A stretch of 64,000 nt of DNA from Promethearchaeota archaeon (GCA_048940925.1 JBHLOC010000011.1:1-64000); one strand, 5' to 3'. Numbered from the stretch's first letter, positions 37,872-48,652 are shown. A program made the numbers and translations. Notes: generated from the sequence alone by a model not told the origin.

Positions 37872-39459
37872 CGCCCAAAATTTTAGTTATAGTATCAATA
37901 TTAAATTTTTTTGCTGGAAAACCACCATATATTCCATCTTTTCCAAGTTTATCAAATTTAATTGTAGCACACATTGGCAATATAGTTGAATTTTCATTCA
38001 TTATTAATCCTGGGAATGCTCCACTTGATGCATTGAACACACAGTTATTTCCTATTTGAGCTCCAAAAAAAGTTAAATTTTCTTCGCCATATACACCATC
38101 AACCACATGATTTGTAATATGTGCAAAAGTCCCAATATAACATTTTTCACCAAAATCAATATGACTGTGAAGAAAGGTATCTTCAAATACTGTTCCTTTT
38201 CCAACTTTATTAGAACCGAGGAATCTTAACTCCCAATTCAATAGCCAAGGAAAAGGAGAGCGAATAAAAGCGAAAATGGGATATTTAAATAAAAAAGATC
38301 TAAAATGATAATAATCTAAAATTGTAGATGTTTCATCTAAATTTCTGTCAAAAACACCTTGTTCAGGACCTCTTTTATCAGCTAATTTATAAAATAATTT
38401 AGTAAATAGAGCAACAAAAAATAAGTGTAATAAATAGATACAGATTAAAACTAAAGGAGTACAAATTAAAATCAGAATTCTATCAAATCTTAATAGGATT
38501 CTAAGAGAAAAAGGAAGTGTCAATAAGTTCGGTGTTAGAACTCCAAATAGAAATAAAAAGAAGAAAAAACCGGGTAAAATAAAAGATACTCCGATTATTA
38601 TCCAACCAGATATTAAATAGAAATGGAATGGAATAGTCATTTCTTTGACGTGAGCCCTTAGATTCTCTTCATTATATTTCTCTTTGTATTCATCTTCAAA
38701 AATTATTTTGTCTATTTCGTTTTTATGGATTAAAGATTCATCGTCTTTTTTAGCGGGAGCTCCACGATATATCGAATCACTTTCTAAATGTTGGTTAATC
38801 GTAGTCATTGAGATTGCATCAAGAATGGTATTAGATTCAATTACCGTTCCGGGTAGTACAACTGCATGCGCTCCTATAATTACATTATCCTTTATTATCA
38901 CCCTTTTTATAATTAATTTATTCTTGATCATAACATTTGAAATTATGAAGCTACCTTGACCAATTCTGATATTTTTCCCAAGTTCTATAAATTCAAGATC
39001 AACCCATCCCTCGCTTAATGAATTTGAAAATGAAGTTTTTACCCCTAAAACTTTAAAAAGGAAAGTCTCAAGTATAGGTAGAGATAACTGTCGCGCCAAC
39101 CATGCTGGCCATTTTTTTGCAATTGCACGTAAACACCAATAACAATAATCTTTATCATTCTTGTTTCTAAAAAATACGCCCTCCTTTGGTTTATGTACCA
39201 AATTAATAAAAAATAGAAAAATTCTTGCTACTATTATTGAACTTAATATCAAGATGATTATACCAATATAAAAAACGATAGGAAAAAGTAAGTAAAAGAG
39301 AAATTCAAGGTTATAGAAGAATTGCCAAAAATACCATAACCAGACAATTGTTGGTTGAGCACTTACCACAATTATTATAATATAATGTATTAAATAGCGC
39401 TTTTTAACAAGTGTATTTGTTGTTCTAGAACCAACTCTTAAGGATGAGGGAATAGAAAT
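37852..39459 (-). CDS. Membrane protein with two TM-pair plus LbH modules (Pls/NRPS-terminal-domain-like); start extended from 39369
   Basis: Two repeats of TM-TM-(PxEGVF)-LbH-YxGxPA; frame open to 39468; candidate ATT start at 39459. Confidence 0.75.
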   Translation of the reverse strand: MSIPSSLRVGSRTTNTLVKKRYLIHYIIIIVVSAQPTIVWLWYFWQFFYNLEFLFYLLFPIVFYIGIIILILSSIIVARIFLFFINLVHKPKEGVFFRNKNDKDYCYWCLRAIAKKWPAWLARQLSLPILETFLFKVLGVKTSFSNSLSEGWVDLEFIELGKNIRIGQGSFIISNVMIKNKLIIKRVIIKDNVIIGAHAVVLPGTVIESNTILDAISMTTINQHLESDSIYRGAPAKKDDESLIHKNEIDKIIFEDEYKEKYNEENLRAHVKEMTIPFHFYLISGWIIIGVSFILPGFFFFLFLFGVLTPNLLTLPFSLRILLRFDRILILICTPLVLICIYLLHLFFVALFTKLFYKLADKRGPEQGVFDRNLDETSTILDYYHFRSFLFKYPIFAFIRSPFPWLLNWELRFLGSNKVGKGTVFEDTFLHSHIDFGEKCYIGTFAHITNHVVDGVYGEENLTFFGAQIGNNCVFNASSGAFPGLIMNENSTILPMCATIKFDKLGKDGIYGGFPAKKFNIDTITKILGGEFTEE

Positions 39460-39581
39460 TTTGTAATCACTTCATATTTGTATCATTTCATTCTAATGAA
39501 ATATTTTAAACTGATTATTTATGTTTATCCTTTTCTTGAAATTAAATAACTCATTGGAATAAAAGATTATAATAGAATGAT

Positions 39582-39938
39582 TTATTCCATTTCAAAGTCT
39601 TCAATCATATTTACCTCTTTATTAGCATTAATAGTAATAGCAATAAGAGCTGTTTCCTCATCGTCAGTACTCTCTGGGTCAAACATTACAAAATAAAAAG
39701 TCTTTTCTTCATTCTCAAAACCTACTTCCATCTCCCCACAATCGTCCGGTAAAATTGTTTTGATATTATCCGGTGCGTTTGATTTGAGAATCTCAAATAT
39801 TGAATCTTCAATATCTTTCTGTTTTTTTCTGATTTCTTTAATATTGGAGAAATCAAATTGTCCAAGAGCCTCCTGTGCTTTATCATTCAATTCAATCCAT
39901 TCTTGAAAGATGGTTTTTAAATCAGGTTCAGATGTCAT
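39582..39938 (-). CDS. Small acidic hypothetical protein
   Basis: Likely start MTSEP at 39938; the longer ORF-track version overlaps the divergent gene. Confidence 0.7.
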   Translation of the reverse strand: MTSEPDLKTIFQEWIELNDKAQEALGQFDFSNIKEIRKKQKDIEDSIFEILKSNAPDNIKTILPDDCGEMEVGFENEEKTFYFVMFDPESTDDEETALIAITINANKEVNMIEDFEME

Positions 39939-40048
39939 ATAAGACACAGTTATTTCTATAAAAAAAAGCTTTTGTATTATCAAGAAAATAATTATTAATA
40001 GGTTGTTCTTTAGTATATCATAGAGTTTTAAATCAAAAAGATATAAAT

Positions 40049-40621
40049 ATGTCAATCCAGCTTCCGAAACCTCGCCTAAAAGGTACTATGAGTACTGAAG
40101 AATGTATTTATAGTCGAGAAAGTGTGAGACAATATAAAGATAAGAAGATTGAAATTGAAAAATTATCATTAATTTTATGGTCAGCCCAAGGATTGAAAGG
40201 ATTTAAAAGAACAGTACCTTCTGCGGGTGCTACTTATCCCTTAGAGATATATGTTACATTGAAAGATAACGGTTATTTTCATTATAAAGTTAAAAATCAT
40301 AGCTTAGAATTAATTAGTAAAGAGGATCTAAGTCTCCAACTAGCTAGAGCTTCCTGGAATCAGAATTTTATTGCTGAAGCGTACATGAATATAATAATCT
40401 GTGCGATCTTCTCAAGAACAACTCAGAGATATGGTCAGAGAGGTGTGCGATATGTATTTATTGAAGTGGGTCATTGTGCTCAAAATATTCATTTAGAAGC
40501 TGTTGCTTTAGGTTTAGCTTCAGTACCTATTGGGGCTTATGATGATGACAGAGTTAAAGAAGTTCTGAATCTTCCTAAAAAAACAGAACCGTTATATATT
40601 ATTCCAATTGGATACTCCTGA
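40049..40621 (+). CDS. SagB/ThcOx-family nitroreductase-like dehydrogenase
   Basis: RESVRQY, RTVPSAGATYPLEIY, EVGHCAQNIHL. Confidence 0.9.
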   Translation: MSIQLPKPRLKGTMSTEECIYSRESVRQYKDKKIEIEKLSLILWSAQGLKGFKRTVPSAGATYPLEIYVTLKDNGYFHYKVKNHSLELISKEDLSLQLARASWNQNFIAEAYMNIIICAIFSRTTQRYGQRGVRYVFIEVGHCAQNIHLEAVALGLASVPIGAYDDDRVKEVLNLPKKTEPLYIIPIGYS

Positions 40622-40650
40622 TTATCTCAAGAGATTTTTAAAAAGAATTA

Positions 40651-41181
40651 TCAGTAAGCTCTTTGGGCTTTAAATTCTATTTTTTCAATTGTAAATAACA
40701 TTGGATCTGGATTATAATTTTTATATTTAACATGCCCCATATATTTCATTCCTATTCTTTCAGCAACTTTCCATGATTTGGAATGTTTTGGATTGATGAG
40801 TGCGATAATTTTAGATAATTCTAAATCTATAAATGCGTATTCGAAAAGTTTTTTCATAAATTCTATAGCGTATCCATAACCTCGATATTTTGGTAATAAT
40901 GCATAAAAAGTTAAAGCGCTTATGGTATCTTCTAAATCTTTCAATCCACAGAATCCTAAGAAATTTTCAGTTTCTTTATCTTGGATTACTAAAATAGTAA
41001 TTGATTTAGGATCGTTAATTAGACAACCAAATAAATTTTTTATTTCTTTAAATTTAGCGTTCAAGTAGAGATTTTCCATTGTTTCTTTATTGGATATTAA
41101 ATTTTGAATAGATTTAATGTCATCTTTGTTTAATGATCTAAGAAATAGTCGTTTAGTCTCTAATTTTTGTGGAACTGTCAT
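40651..41181 (-). CDS. GNAT acetyltransferase, RimJ/RimL family
   Basis: LETKRLFLR, YRGYGYAIE, SWKVAERIGM. Confidence 0.88.
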   Translation of the reverse strand: MTVPQKLETKRLFLRSLNKDDIKSIQNLISNKETMENLYLNAKFKEIKNLFGCLINDPKSITILVIQDKETENFLGFCGLKDLEDTISALTFYALLPKYRGYGYAIEFMKKLFEYAFIDLELSKIIALINPKHSKSWKVAERIGMKYMGHVKYKNYNPDPMLFTIEKIEFKAQRAY

Positions 41182-41287
41182 TTTATTGTAATTTTAAGTT
41201 ATAAATAAAATAATATTTATAGTAATAGAAAAATGAATTTTTATTAATTGCTTTATTTAAGATTAACATAATAATAATATAATTATT

Positions 41288-42109
41288 ATGATAAACCAAA
41301 ATTATGAAATAAAAACAAAGATAAGACACAAAATTATTTATAATTCAACAATTTTCTTAATTTTTGAGTTTTGGTTTTTCTATTCAACATACAATAATAT
41401 TATCAGTTTATACATTATCAGCTTTTCTATTCTCATTCTATTAAGTTGTTCAATAATTTACAATTTTAAAAAAGGAGTAGACAAAATTACAATTACTTTT
41501 CAGAGTGTATTGCTATTAATTCCAATTTTATTTCTAATAGATATAATTTTCATTTATAGACCTTTATCACCTCCTTTTTTTTTTTCTATTTACAATTTAA
41601 TAGGTTTAGTCCATAGGGTTGATCTCATATCCTTTTCCATATTGTTGGCGTTGGTCTTATTAAAATTAGGCGTTATTAAAATCTACTTTATGAATAATCT
41701 TAAGATTCTTGAAGCAGGTGGAGGTGATGAGATTTTTCAATATTTTACTAAAGAAATAGATTATCAGAAAATAATAATGTTCTTATTATTATTCCCACTT
41801 AGCGCATTTATAGAAGAATTGATATATAGAAGTATCTTATTGAGTTTCTTTATATATTATTTTAATTTGAATATATTTATCGGAATTACAGTAATATCAG
41901 TAATCTTTGGCTTTGTTCATTATACTGCCTCGAAAAATTGGGGACATGTTTTTTCAACATTAATATCATCTGTAATTTACTTTTTCGCTTTAATTCAGTT
42001 AGGATTATTATTCGCATGGATGTTTCATCTTATAACAAATCTATTTGTTATATTATTCTATTATCAAGCCAGAAGGAAAACGAATAAAAAGAATGATAAT
42101 ATGATGTAA
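41288..42109 (+). CDS. CPBP (Abi/CAAX) intramembrane glutamic endopeptidase
   Basis: EELIYR, FGFVH, HLITN motifs; multiple TM. Confidence 0.88.
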   Translation: MINQNYEIKTKIRHKIIYNSTIFLIFEFWFFYSTYNNIISLYIISFSILILLSCSIIYNFKKGVDKITITFQSVLLLIPILFLIDIIFIYRPLSPPFFFSIYNLIGLVHRVDLISFSILLALVLLKLGVIKIYFMNNLKILEAGGGDEIFQYFTKEIDYQKIIMFLLLFPLSAFIEELIYRSILLSFFIYYFNLNIFIGITVISVIFGFVHYTASKNWGHVFSTLISSVIYFFALIQLGLLFAWMFHLITNLFVILFYYQARRKTNKKNDNMM

Positions 42110-42136
42110 ATTTCAAAACATATTAGGTAAAGAAAA

Positions 42137-42952
42137 ATGAAAATTAATTTTAGAGAAGCTAAAAGCATCATAACCAAAAGTAATATTCCATCAATTAATT
42201 ATGTTATAAATCCATATATAGGTTGCCAGCATGGTTGTGTATATTGTTATGCGGAATTTATGATTAGATTTACTAATCATAAGGGGGATAAATGGGGACA
42301 ATTTTTAGATATTAAACAATTCGATTTTAACAAAATTAAACCACAAAAATACAATGGGATGAGACTTTTACTTAGTTCAGTTACAGATCCATATATTCCG
42401 TTAGAACTAAAATATCAAAATACTAGAAAAGTCTTAGAAAAACTAGTAGGTACTACTGCTCACATATCCATATTAACCAAATCGAAATTTGTTGTGAGAG
42501 ATATTGATTTATTTAAAAAATTTGATAATTTAGAAGTGGGTGTTTCAATTAGTACATTAGATAATGATTTTGCCAGAGTTATTGAGAGAGGTGCATCAAG
42601 ACCAAAAGAAAGGCTAGCAGCTCTTGAAGAGATTCATAAGAATGATATTAAGACATATACCTTTATTTCTCCCTTCTTTCCTAAAATCACTAATTATAAA
42701 GCTATTATTGAAAAATCCAAAGACTATACCGATTCTTATATGTTTGAAAACTTGAACTTTCGTCCTCATAATGTTCCAAGAATATTTAGAATAATAGAAG
42801 AGAATTACCCAAAACTTTTACCCCTATACAAAAAATTTAGAATGGACCATTCGCAATGGGATTTAATTGAATCTGAAATTGATGTATTTTGTAAAAATCT
42901 AAATCTCGAATATGAAATTGAATTTCATCATGGTGGTTTTTCAAAAAGTTAA
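42137..42952 (+). CDS. Radical SAM protein, SPL-like (DNA repair photolyase family)
   Basis: INPYIGCQHGCVYCYA, SSVTDPY, ILTKS. Confidence 0.9.
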   Translation: MKINFREAKSIITKSNIPSINYVINPYIGCQHGCVYCYAEFMIRFTNHKGDKWGQFLDIKQFDFNKIKPQKYNGMRLLLSSVTDPYIPLELKYQNTRKVLEKLVGTTAHISILTKSKFVVRDIDLFKKFDNLEVGVSISTLDNDFARVIERGASRPKERLAALEEIHKNDIKTYTFISPFFPKITNYKAIIEKSKDYTDSYMFENLNFRPHNVPRIFRIIEENYPKLLPLYKKFRMDHSQWDLIESEIDVFCKNLNLEYEIEFHHGGFSKS

Positions 42953-42972
42953 ATTTTTTATGAAAACTCGTA
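42919..42972 (+). repeat. Direct repeat, left copy (radical SAM gene 3' end)
   Basis: tgaatttcatcatggtggtttttcaaaaagt recurs at 44282. Confidence 0.75.
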
Positions 42973-43015
42973 TAAACGGAAAGTGTATTTTGTTAATACC
43001 GAAATTTAAGAGGAT

Positions 43016-44050
43016 TTAATCATTTACTTTAATAATTAATCGTGGCCAACCATTAAATCCATCATTTAATATTAAATCATTCTGTGGTTGTGTATTATTA
43101 TGAATATCAGTTGCTTTAGTGTAAAGAGAAAATGTCCCTGATACATTAAAAGTAATATTTATTTCCCAAAATACCCATACATGATCTTTATCAATTGATT
43201 TTACAATGGTTACTTGAGTCCAATCCAATCCCATATTAATTGTATACTCAATTTTTGAAATTCTTGTTCCGCCAAAACCAGCACCCCCTATTGTGAGTGG
43301 AATACCAACAGTAATATTTACATTATCGTTAGGAAAAAATATTGTTGAATCAACAGGCATAGGAGGGGATGTGTCCCAACCTCTATCGTCCCAATAATCC
43401 TCAAGTGGTCTATCTATGACTTCTATTTCTACTACCCATGCTGGTTGTTTTGCACCGTAATATCCTGGATTTACTATTCTGAGAGGGAAACCTTGATTAC
43501 GAGGTAAGATTTCTCCATTCATATATAAAGCACCTATGGTTCCATTATTTTTCAATTGTTCAAGTGTGTGAGAGACATAATATCCATCTGCCGCTTTATA
43601 CTTTACACCAGTCGCATTTTCCTTTAAACCAAGAGACTTTAAAAAATCGTATATTAGGAATCCTTTCCATACTGCAGTTGATAAAAGGGGTCCTTTAGCT
43701 GGATTACCAATACATTCAGTTGTGAGAGTTTGTTCAACTAAATCTAACGCTTGTAATTCAGTAAGATTAAACTTTTTTGGATTATCGATTTTACCCCATA
43801 CATTGAGAGTATATGTATTAGAATCAATATAAGGAGCAAATCCTATCCTTGTTATAAAATAATCTTTATTCTTTGTTATGAAATCTGGAAATCTATCATA
43901 ATCGTTTTCAGAAGGTTTTTTAGATGTTTTTTCAGATCCTAAAAATGTAATACTGATAGCTATGCTTGATACAATTAAGATAACAACCAAGGTTAAGATG
44001 AGTAATTGTTTTGTTCCTTTTGATAAAGAAAAACGAGTTTTTAGTTTCAA
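43016..44050 (-). CDS. Membrane-anchored sulfite-oxidase-family molybdopterin oxidoreductase
   Basis: N-terminal TM; TECIGN, AVWKG, AADGY, MNGEILPRNQGFPLR, PGYYGAK; C-terminal Ig-like dimerisation domain. Confidence 0.9.
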   Translation of the reverse strand: MKLKTRFSLSKGTKQLLILTLVVILIVSSIAISITFLGSEKTSKKPSENDYDRFPDFITKNKDYFITRIGFAPYIDSNTYTLNVWGKIDNPKKFNLTELQALDLVEQTLTTECIGNPAKGPLLSTAVWKGFLIYDFLKSLGLKENATGVKYKAADGYYVSHTLEQLKNNGTIGALYMNGEILPRNQGFPLRIVNPGYYGAKQPAWVVEIEVIDRPLEDYWDDRGWDTSPPMPVDSTIFFPNDNVNITVGIPLTIGGAGFGGTRISKIEYTINMGLDWTQVTIVKSIDKDHVWVFWEINITFNVSGTFSLYTKATDIHNNTQPQNDLILNDGFNGWPRLIIKVND

Positions 44051-44281
44051 ATTAATACATTTCTATCTCTATTAGATTATAAGGATATTGATTAACTTTA
44101 AAAACTATGAGATTTAAATATACTTTTCAATTACTCTCAAGTATTACAAGATAATGTAAATAAGTCATTCAAATAATGTAATGTTTTTAATTCAATTTAT
44201 AATGAATTCAATCTAAAATAATAATAGAAGATTGAATATATTTACAATTATAGTTAATAATATGTATGTATTAGCTTGCGA

Positions 44282-44333
44282 TGAATTTTATCGTGGTGGT
44301 TTTTCAAAAAGTGAAATTCGTGATAAAAACGTA
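44282..44333 (+). repeat. Direct repeat, right copy of the radical SAM 3' end
   Basis: tgaattttatcgtggtggtttttcaaaaagt; 19-bp identical core with the 42919 copy. Confidence 0.75.
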
Positions 44334-44372
44334 CAATCAAAAATATACAATTAAAAAAAGTATTTAAGTTAA

Positions 44373-45023
44373 ATGCCGAGCAGTTTATTATCGCATCAAG
44401 CGCCAGGATTAATTTTAAAGATAAAATATCCAAATAAATTTGATGGAACAGCTTTATGTATTAGTACTTTTGTTCCAGATATAGGTGTGGTCATTGATCC
44501 ATTTATCGCTTTTAACGTCAGAGGAATTACTCATAGTTTATTAGGATTAATATTATTTACTTTACCGATATCCCTTTTTTTAACCATAATTTTTTGTGAT
44601 TATATTGCTCCTCTTTGTGCTAAGCTTGCTAAGAAAAAAGGGATATTATATAGACCTATGAAATATTTTGGTTTAGATGAATGGGATAACTTAAAGAAAA
44701 AGCAATTTGATAGAAGATTTTATTTGATAGCGTCTTATTCTGCCTTAATTGGAGGTCTAACTCATCTTTTACTTGATCTCCCAGCACATGCTACAATAGA
44801 GCTATTTTATCCAATTATATTACAATCCCCTGATGTATTATTATACTCTCTTATAGATTTTGGAACTGTTAATGTTGGACCAGTTCAAATTGAACAGAAT
44901 TTAACTGTATATCAACTTATATGGATTACTGAAACTCTAATTACGTTAGTTATAGCTTTATACCTTCTTAGATATATTAAAAAACATAGGCTAATAAGTA
45001 AGTGGTACAAACAAATTGAGTAA
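44373..45023 (+). CDS. DUF4184-like membrane protein (metal-dependent hydrolase-like)
   Basis: SH...PD...THS...THLLLD motif. Confidence 0.7.
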   Translation: MPSSLLSHQAPGLILKIKYPNKFDGTALCISTFVPDIGVVIDPFIAFNVRGITHSLLGLILFTLPISLFLTIIFCDYIAPLCAKLAKKKGILYRPMKYFGLDEWDNLKKKQFDRRFYLIASYSALIGGLTHLLLDLPAHATIELFYPIILQSPDVLLYSLIDFGTVNVGPVQIEQNLTVYQLIWITETLITLVIALYLLRYIKKHRLISKWYKQIE

Positions 45024-45229
45024 AATGTCTTTCTATATCCTTATAATTTTAAAAAACAAGGTAGGAATGAAATTTGTCAAAAAAAGGTTCAATAAGATTT
45101 GAAACTATATTTATTGAATTATCTATAAGACCACATTTGTCATATCGAAAAATAGAAATTGTTTCAAATCTTTTTTTTCTAATCAATCAATAATTTAGAT
45201 AATAAAAATTTAGTATTTGTGCACTGAAA

Positions 45230-46225
45230 TTGAACCACTCCTTAAATATTGATAAAAGACAGGAACTTTTTGCCTACTTGTTATTAGTTTTAACTATGGT
45301 TATTTGGGGAGGAACTTGGCCATTAGGTCGATGGTTAGTATCTGAAGAAGTTGGTGGAGCAACAATTCCTCCACTAATGATTGCAGTGATACGCTATTTC
45401 TTAGCTATAGTATGTTTTTTTCTCATTCTTAAATATAAAGAAGGAACTTTAAATTGGCAATTTGCTAAGGAAAATTGGAAAGTTTTAACTATTATGGGAT
45501 TATTATCTGTTACAATTTATCAAACAGGTTATCTACTAGGTGAAATCTTTACATCTGCAAGTGATGCTAGTATAATGGTCGCAACAAACGCAGTTTGGGT
45601 TGTAATTATTTCCAGCATCTTCTTGAAAACAGAACATTTTAGTTGGAAAAAAATTATGGGGACTACATTAGCATTTATAGCCGTGATATTAGTAGTGGGA
45701 TTTTCTCCAAATGTGGATGTTTTAAATCGTATTCTTGGGGATATTTTAATATTGATAGCTGCATTTGCTTATGCGATATATACAGTAATTTCGCGGTTTT
45801 TCTTGAATAAAACTCAAAAGAATTCCGAAGCTTATCAACCAAGCTCTTTATGGATGATTACATGGATATCTTTTTTTGGATTTCTAGTTACTACTCCAAT
45901 AGCATTAGTAATTAGTCCAGAATTTCTTAATCCATTAGAATATTTTACCATTCCAGTTCGAGTGTGGATTGGAATTGCATATTTAGCATTTTTATCTACA
46001 ATAGGAGCATATACATTCTATTTAGAAGGAGTTAAACGTTTAGATGCTAGCAGGGCTGCAATATTCCAAACATTAGTGCCATTATTCGGAGTAATCTTTT
46101 CTGCTATATTTTTACAAGAAAAATTTGATGTATTTATATATCCATTTGCCTTGATACTAGTAATTTTGGGAATAACTCTTGTGAATCTTAAATCTTCTAG
46201 AGATGTAAAAATAGAAATGAGTTAA
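45230..46225 (+). CDS. DMT/EamA family transporter
   Basis: IWGGTW, 10 TM, duplicated EamA halves. Confidence 0.9.
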   Translation: MNHSLNIDKRQELFAYLLLVLTMVIWGGTWPLGRWLVSEEVGGATIPPLMIAVIRYFLAIVCFFLILKYKEGTLNWQFAKENWKVLTIMGLLSVTIYQTGYLLGEIFTSASDASIMVATNAVWVVIISSIFLKTEHFSWKKIMGTTLAFIAVILVVGFSPNVDVLNRILGDILILIAAFAYAIYTVISRFFLNKTQKNSEAYQPSSLWMITWISFFGFLVTTPIALVISPEFLNPLEYFTIPVRVWIGIAYLAFLSTIGAYTFYLEGVKRLDASRAAIFQTLVPLFGVIFSAIFLQEKFDVFIYPFALILVILGITLVNLKSSRDVKIEMS

Positions 46226-47585
46226 GTTGTATTTTTTTCTTTATATCAATATTTATGAGGTTTTTTATTCTTTTACTTAAACTAACTACTACAATGGCTA
46301 GAATACCAAGAAGAATGTAGAGATGATATCCTGGAATAACATCTTTTTTACATTTGTTATTTTTAAAAGTGTTACCTTCACAATTTACTTCTTCAATACA
46401 ATTATCATTTCCAATTAAATTATTTTTCGAAATCACGTTATTATTACTTTCTGTCAAATGAATACCATACTCATTGTTCGTTGCTGTATTTTCTGAGATT
46501 TCGTTATCATCACTACTTTGTAATTGTATCCCATTAGTATTGTGATTGGCAATGTTTCCCGAGACCTTGTTATTATTACCATTATCCACCCATATGCCCG
46601 ATTCTCCATTGTCGCTTGCTTCATTTCCCGAAACATTATTAGAATTACCGTCTATACGGGCTCCAAAACCACCATTATAGCTTGCGTTATTTTCCGAAAA
46701 TATGTTATAATGCCCCTCTATGGTTATACCGTTACCATTGTTGTTTGTTATATTATTTCCCAAGATATGGTTATAATTACTATTTTCCCATAAATCCATG
46801 CCATGTTCATTGCTATCCATTGTATTTTCCGAAATTACGTTATAATCACCACCTATACCTATTCCACCTTCCACATTCTTATTTGCAATATTTCCTGAAA
46901 TAGTGTTATTATTACAACCTGACAGAAATATTCCAACACCATCATTTTCATTCATAGTATTTTCTGAAATAGTAACATAACTCAAAATGTCTGCATATAG
47001 CCCCTGCGCACCATTGTTATCTATACTATTTCCTGAAATTATGATGTTAGAACAATTCTCTACGTGTAATCCATCATTTGTGTTGTGCTTTACTAAGTTT
47101 CCCAAGATATAATTATTGTTACTCTCTTTGAGGTTTATCCCATAAAAATTAGAAGTGCAATTGTTCTCTCTTAATGATCCATTATCTGTTGTTTCAAGAG
47201 AGATTCCAACATAAGAATTAAAAACCGTACAATTCTCAATCCTAAAGTATACATCAGAATTTTCAATTGAGATGCAACTTCCCGAACCTCCTCCATTTAT
47301 GATCAGATCTTCTATAATATAAGGATCGGAAGAAGTGCCTGAACCAGTACATATTGTCGCAGCCTTAGCAGCAATCCAACCCGCATTACCATCTATATAT
47401 ATTTTTCCCGAGATTTTTGAATTTTTCAAATTTTCGTCATTAAAAGTAATAGCATCGCTATAATCTGAAGTTCTTGCTATAAAGTCAGGTTTACAGAAAC
47501 TTATACCTGTTAAAGCCAAAACAATTCCCAAAGTTAATAATGTCAATATTTTACTTTTTGATTTTAAATTTGATTTTGATTTTAT
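46197..47585 (-). CDS. NosD/CASH beta-helix surface protein with IPGY-TM (Loki-CTERM-like) tail; start extended from 47546
   Basis: GSGTSSDPYIIE, Asn-rich GIxLxxSxNNxIxxN repeats, VIPGYHLYILLGILAIVVV-KR; GGTGA + 6 nt + ATA at 47585. Confidence 0.82.
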   Translation of the reverse strand: MKSKSNLKSKSKILTLLTLGIVLALTGISFCKPDFIARTSDYSDAITFNDENLKNSKISGKIYIDGNAGWIAAKAATICTGSGTSSDPYIIEDLIINGGGSGSCISIENSDVYFRIENCTVFNSYVGISLETTDNGSLRENNCTSNFYGINLKESNNNYILGNLVKHNTNDGLHVENCSNIIISGNSIDNNGAQGLYADILSYVTISENTMNENDGVGIFLSGCNNNTISGNIANKNVEGGIGIGGDYNVISENTMDSNEHGMDLWENSNYNHILGNNITNNNGNGITIEGHYNIFSENNASYNGGFGARIDGNSNNVSGNEASDNGESGIWVDNGNNNKVSGNIANHNTNGIQLQSSDDNEISENTATNNEYGIHLTESNNNVISKNNLIGNDNCIEEVNCEGNTFKNNKCKKDVIPGYHLYILLGILAIVVVSLSKRIKNLINIDIKKKIQLNSFLFLHL

Positions 47586-47892
47586 TTTAGGTCACCTAAT
47601 ATTTTTTTAGATGAAATTATATTTATCTTAACTTAATATAAATTTTTTTTATAAAAACACGAATACATCTTATGAACTAGCAGTAATTCATACTCTTTAG
47701 AAGTAAATATTGAAGAATTATAAAAAATTTCAAATCCTAATACTTTCAATAATAACAGACCAAAATAAAAGAGAATTTGTTGTAGTGATTTATTTTTTGC
47801 TAAATTATGCAGGAATACTATAAATTTCTATTTGCATTACACCATTTAGAACAATTTGTTTCTAATAAGTAACTTTTATATTAGGTAATATT

Positions 47893-48162
47893 ATGACTAA
47901 TATTTCAAAATCGGACTTAATTAATAAAATAAAATCTGAATACAATAAAAAACTGAAAGATCTAGAAGCTCAATTAGCAAAAAAACATAGTGAGTTAAAT
48001 AATATTGAAAAAACAATTACTCATGAAACCAAAAGGGTTGATCATTTAAAAATTTCTAAATTAAAATCAGAAAGGGCAGAACTTAATTCAGATATTATAT
48101 TATTAAAGAAAAAAATTAAGAAAGTTAATAAAGAAAAAATTAAAAAACTGAGAAAATTATAA
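47893..48162 (+). CDS. Small basic coiled-coil protein
   Basis: 89 aa, heptad pattern, AGGT upstream. Confidence 0.6.
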   Translation: MTNISKSDLINKIKSEYNKKLKDLEAQLAKKHSELNNIEKTITHETKRVDHLKISKLKSERAELNSDIILLKKKIKKVNKEKIKKLRKL

Positions 48163-48298
48163 AGAAACTATTTCAGATTAGTAAGAAAAGGAAACTTTTC
48201 TGTTTTCCAGTTTGTTAAAGAATATTCTTTTTATTTGGTAATCTTTAGATATTCCTCATTATATAAATATATTTTATCGATAAATCCTTGATATAAAT

Positions 48299-48424
48299 AT
48301 GGGAGAAGTTACTCAAGAAATGGGAAATTGTGAAGAGTGTGGAGCTGAGATTAATCTCGCTGAAGCATGGAGAGTAGACGAGAAATATTATTGCCAAAGT
48401 TGCTTTGAGAAATTGAACCTTTAA
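48299..48424 (+). CDS. 41-aa zinc-finger microprotein (not in ORF track)
   Basis: MGEVTQEMGNCEECGAEINLAEAWRVDEKYYCQSCFEKLNL; two CxxC; GC-richer than flanks. Confidence 0.75.
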   Translation: MGEVTQEMGNCEECGAEINLAEAWRVDEKYYCQSCFEKLNL

Positions 48425-48652
48425 CTTTAATGGCTTAAATCTTAATATTTTTTATATCCCAATTATCCCACAAATTCATCAAAAGATTTCTAAAATTTGA
48501 GCTAAATCTGAAATATAGGAGCCTTTAAACTTTAGCTGCAAAAGAATCAATACTAAGATGAGAAGGAATTTATACCTAAACCCAATATGAACTTATTTAT
48601 TATTTTTGATGATAAGTTAAATAAAAGAAAAAGGAATTTTTGTTTTAGTAAT

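Noticed and set aside
35134-45056. Shared 19-mer tccttataattttaaaaaa at about 35134 and 45038
   Set aside because: Low-complexity AT-rich match that does not extend; not counted as a flanking repeat.
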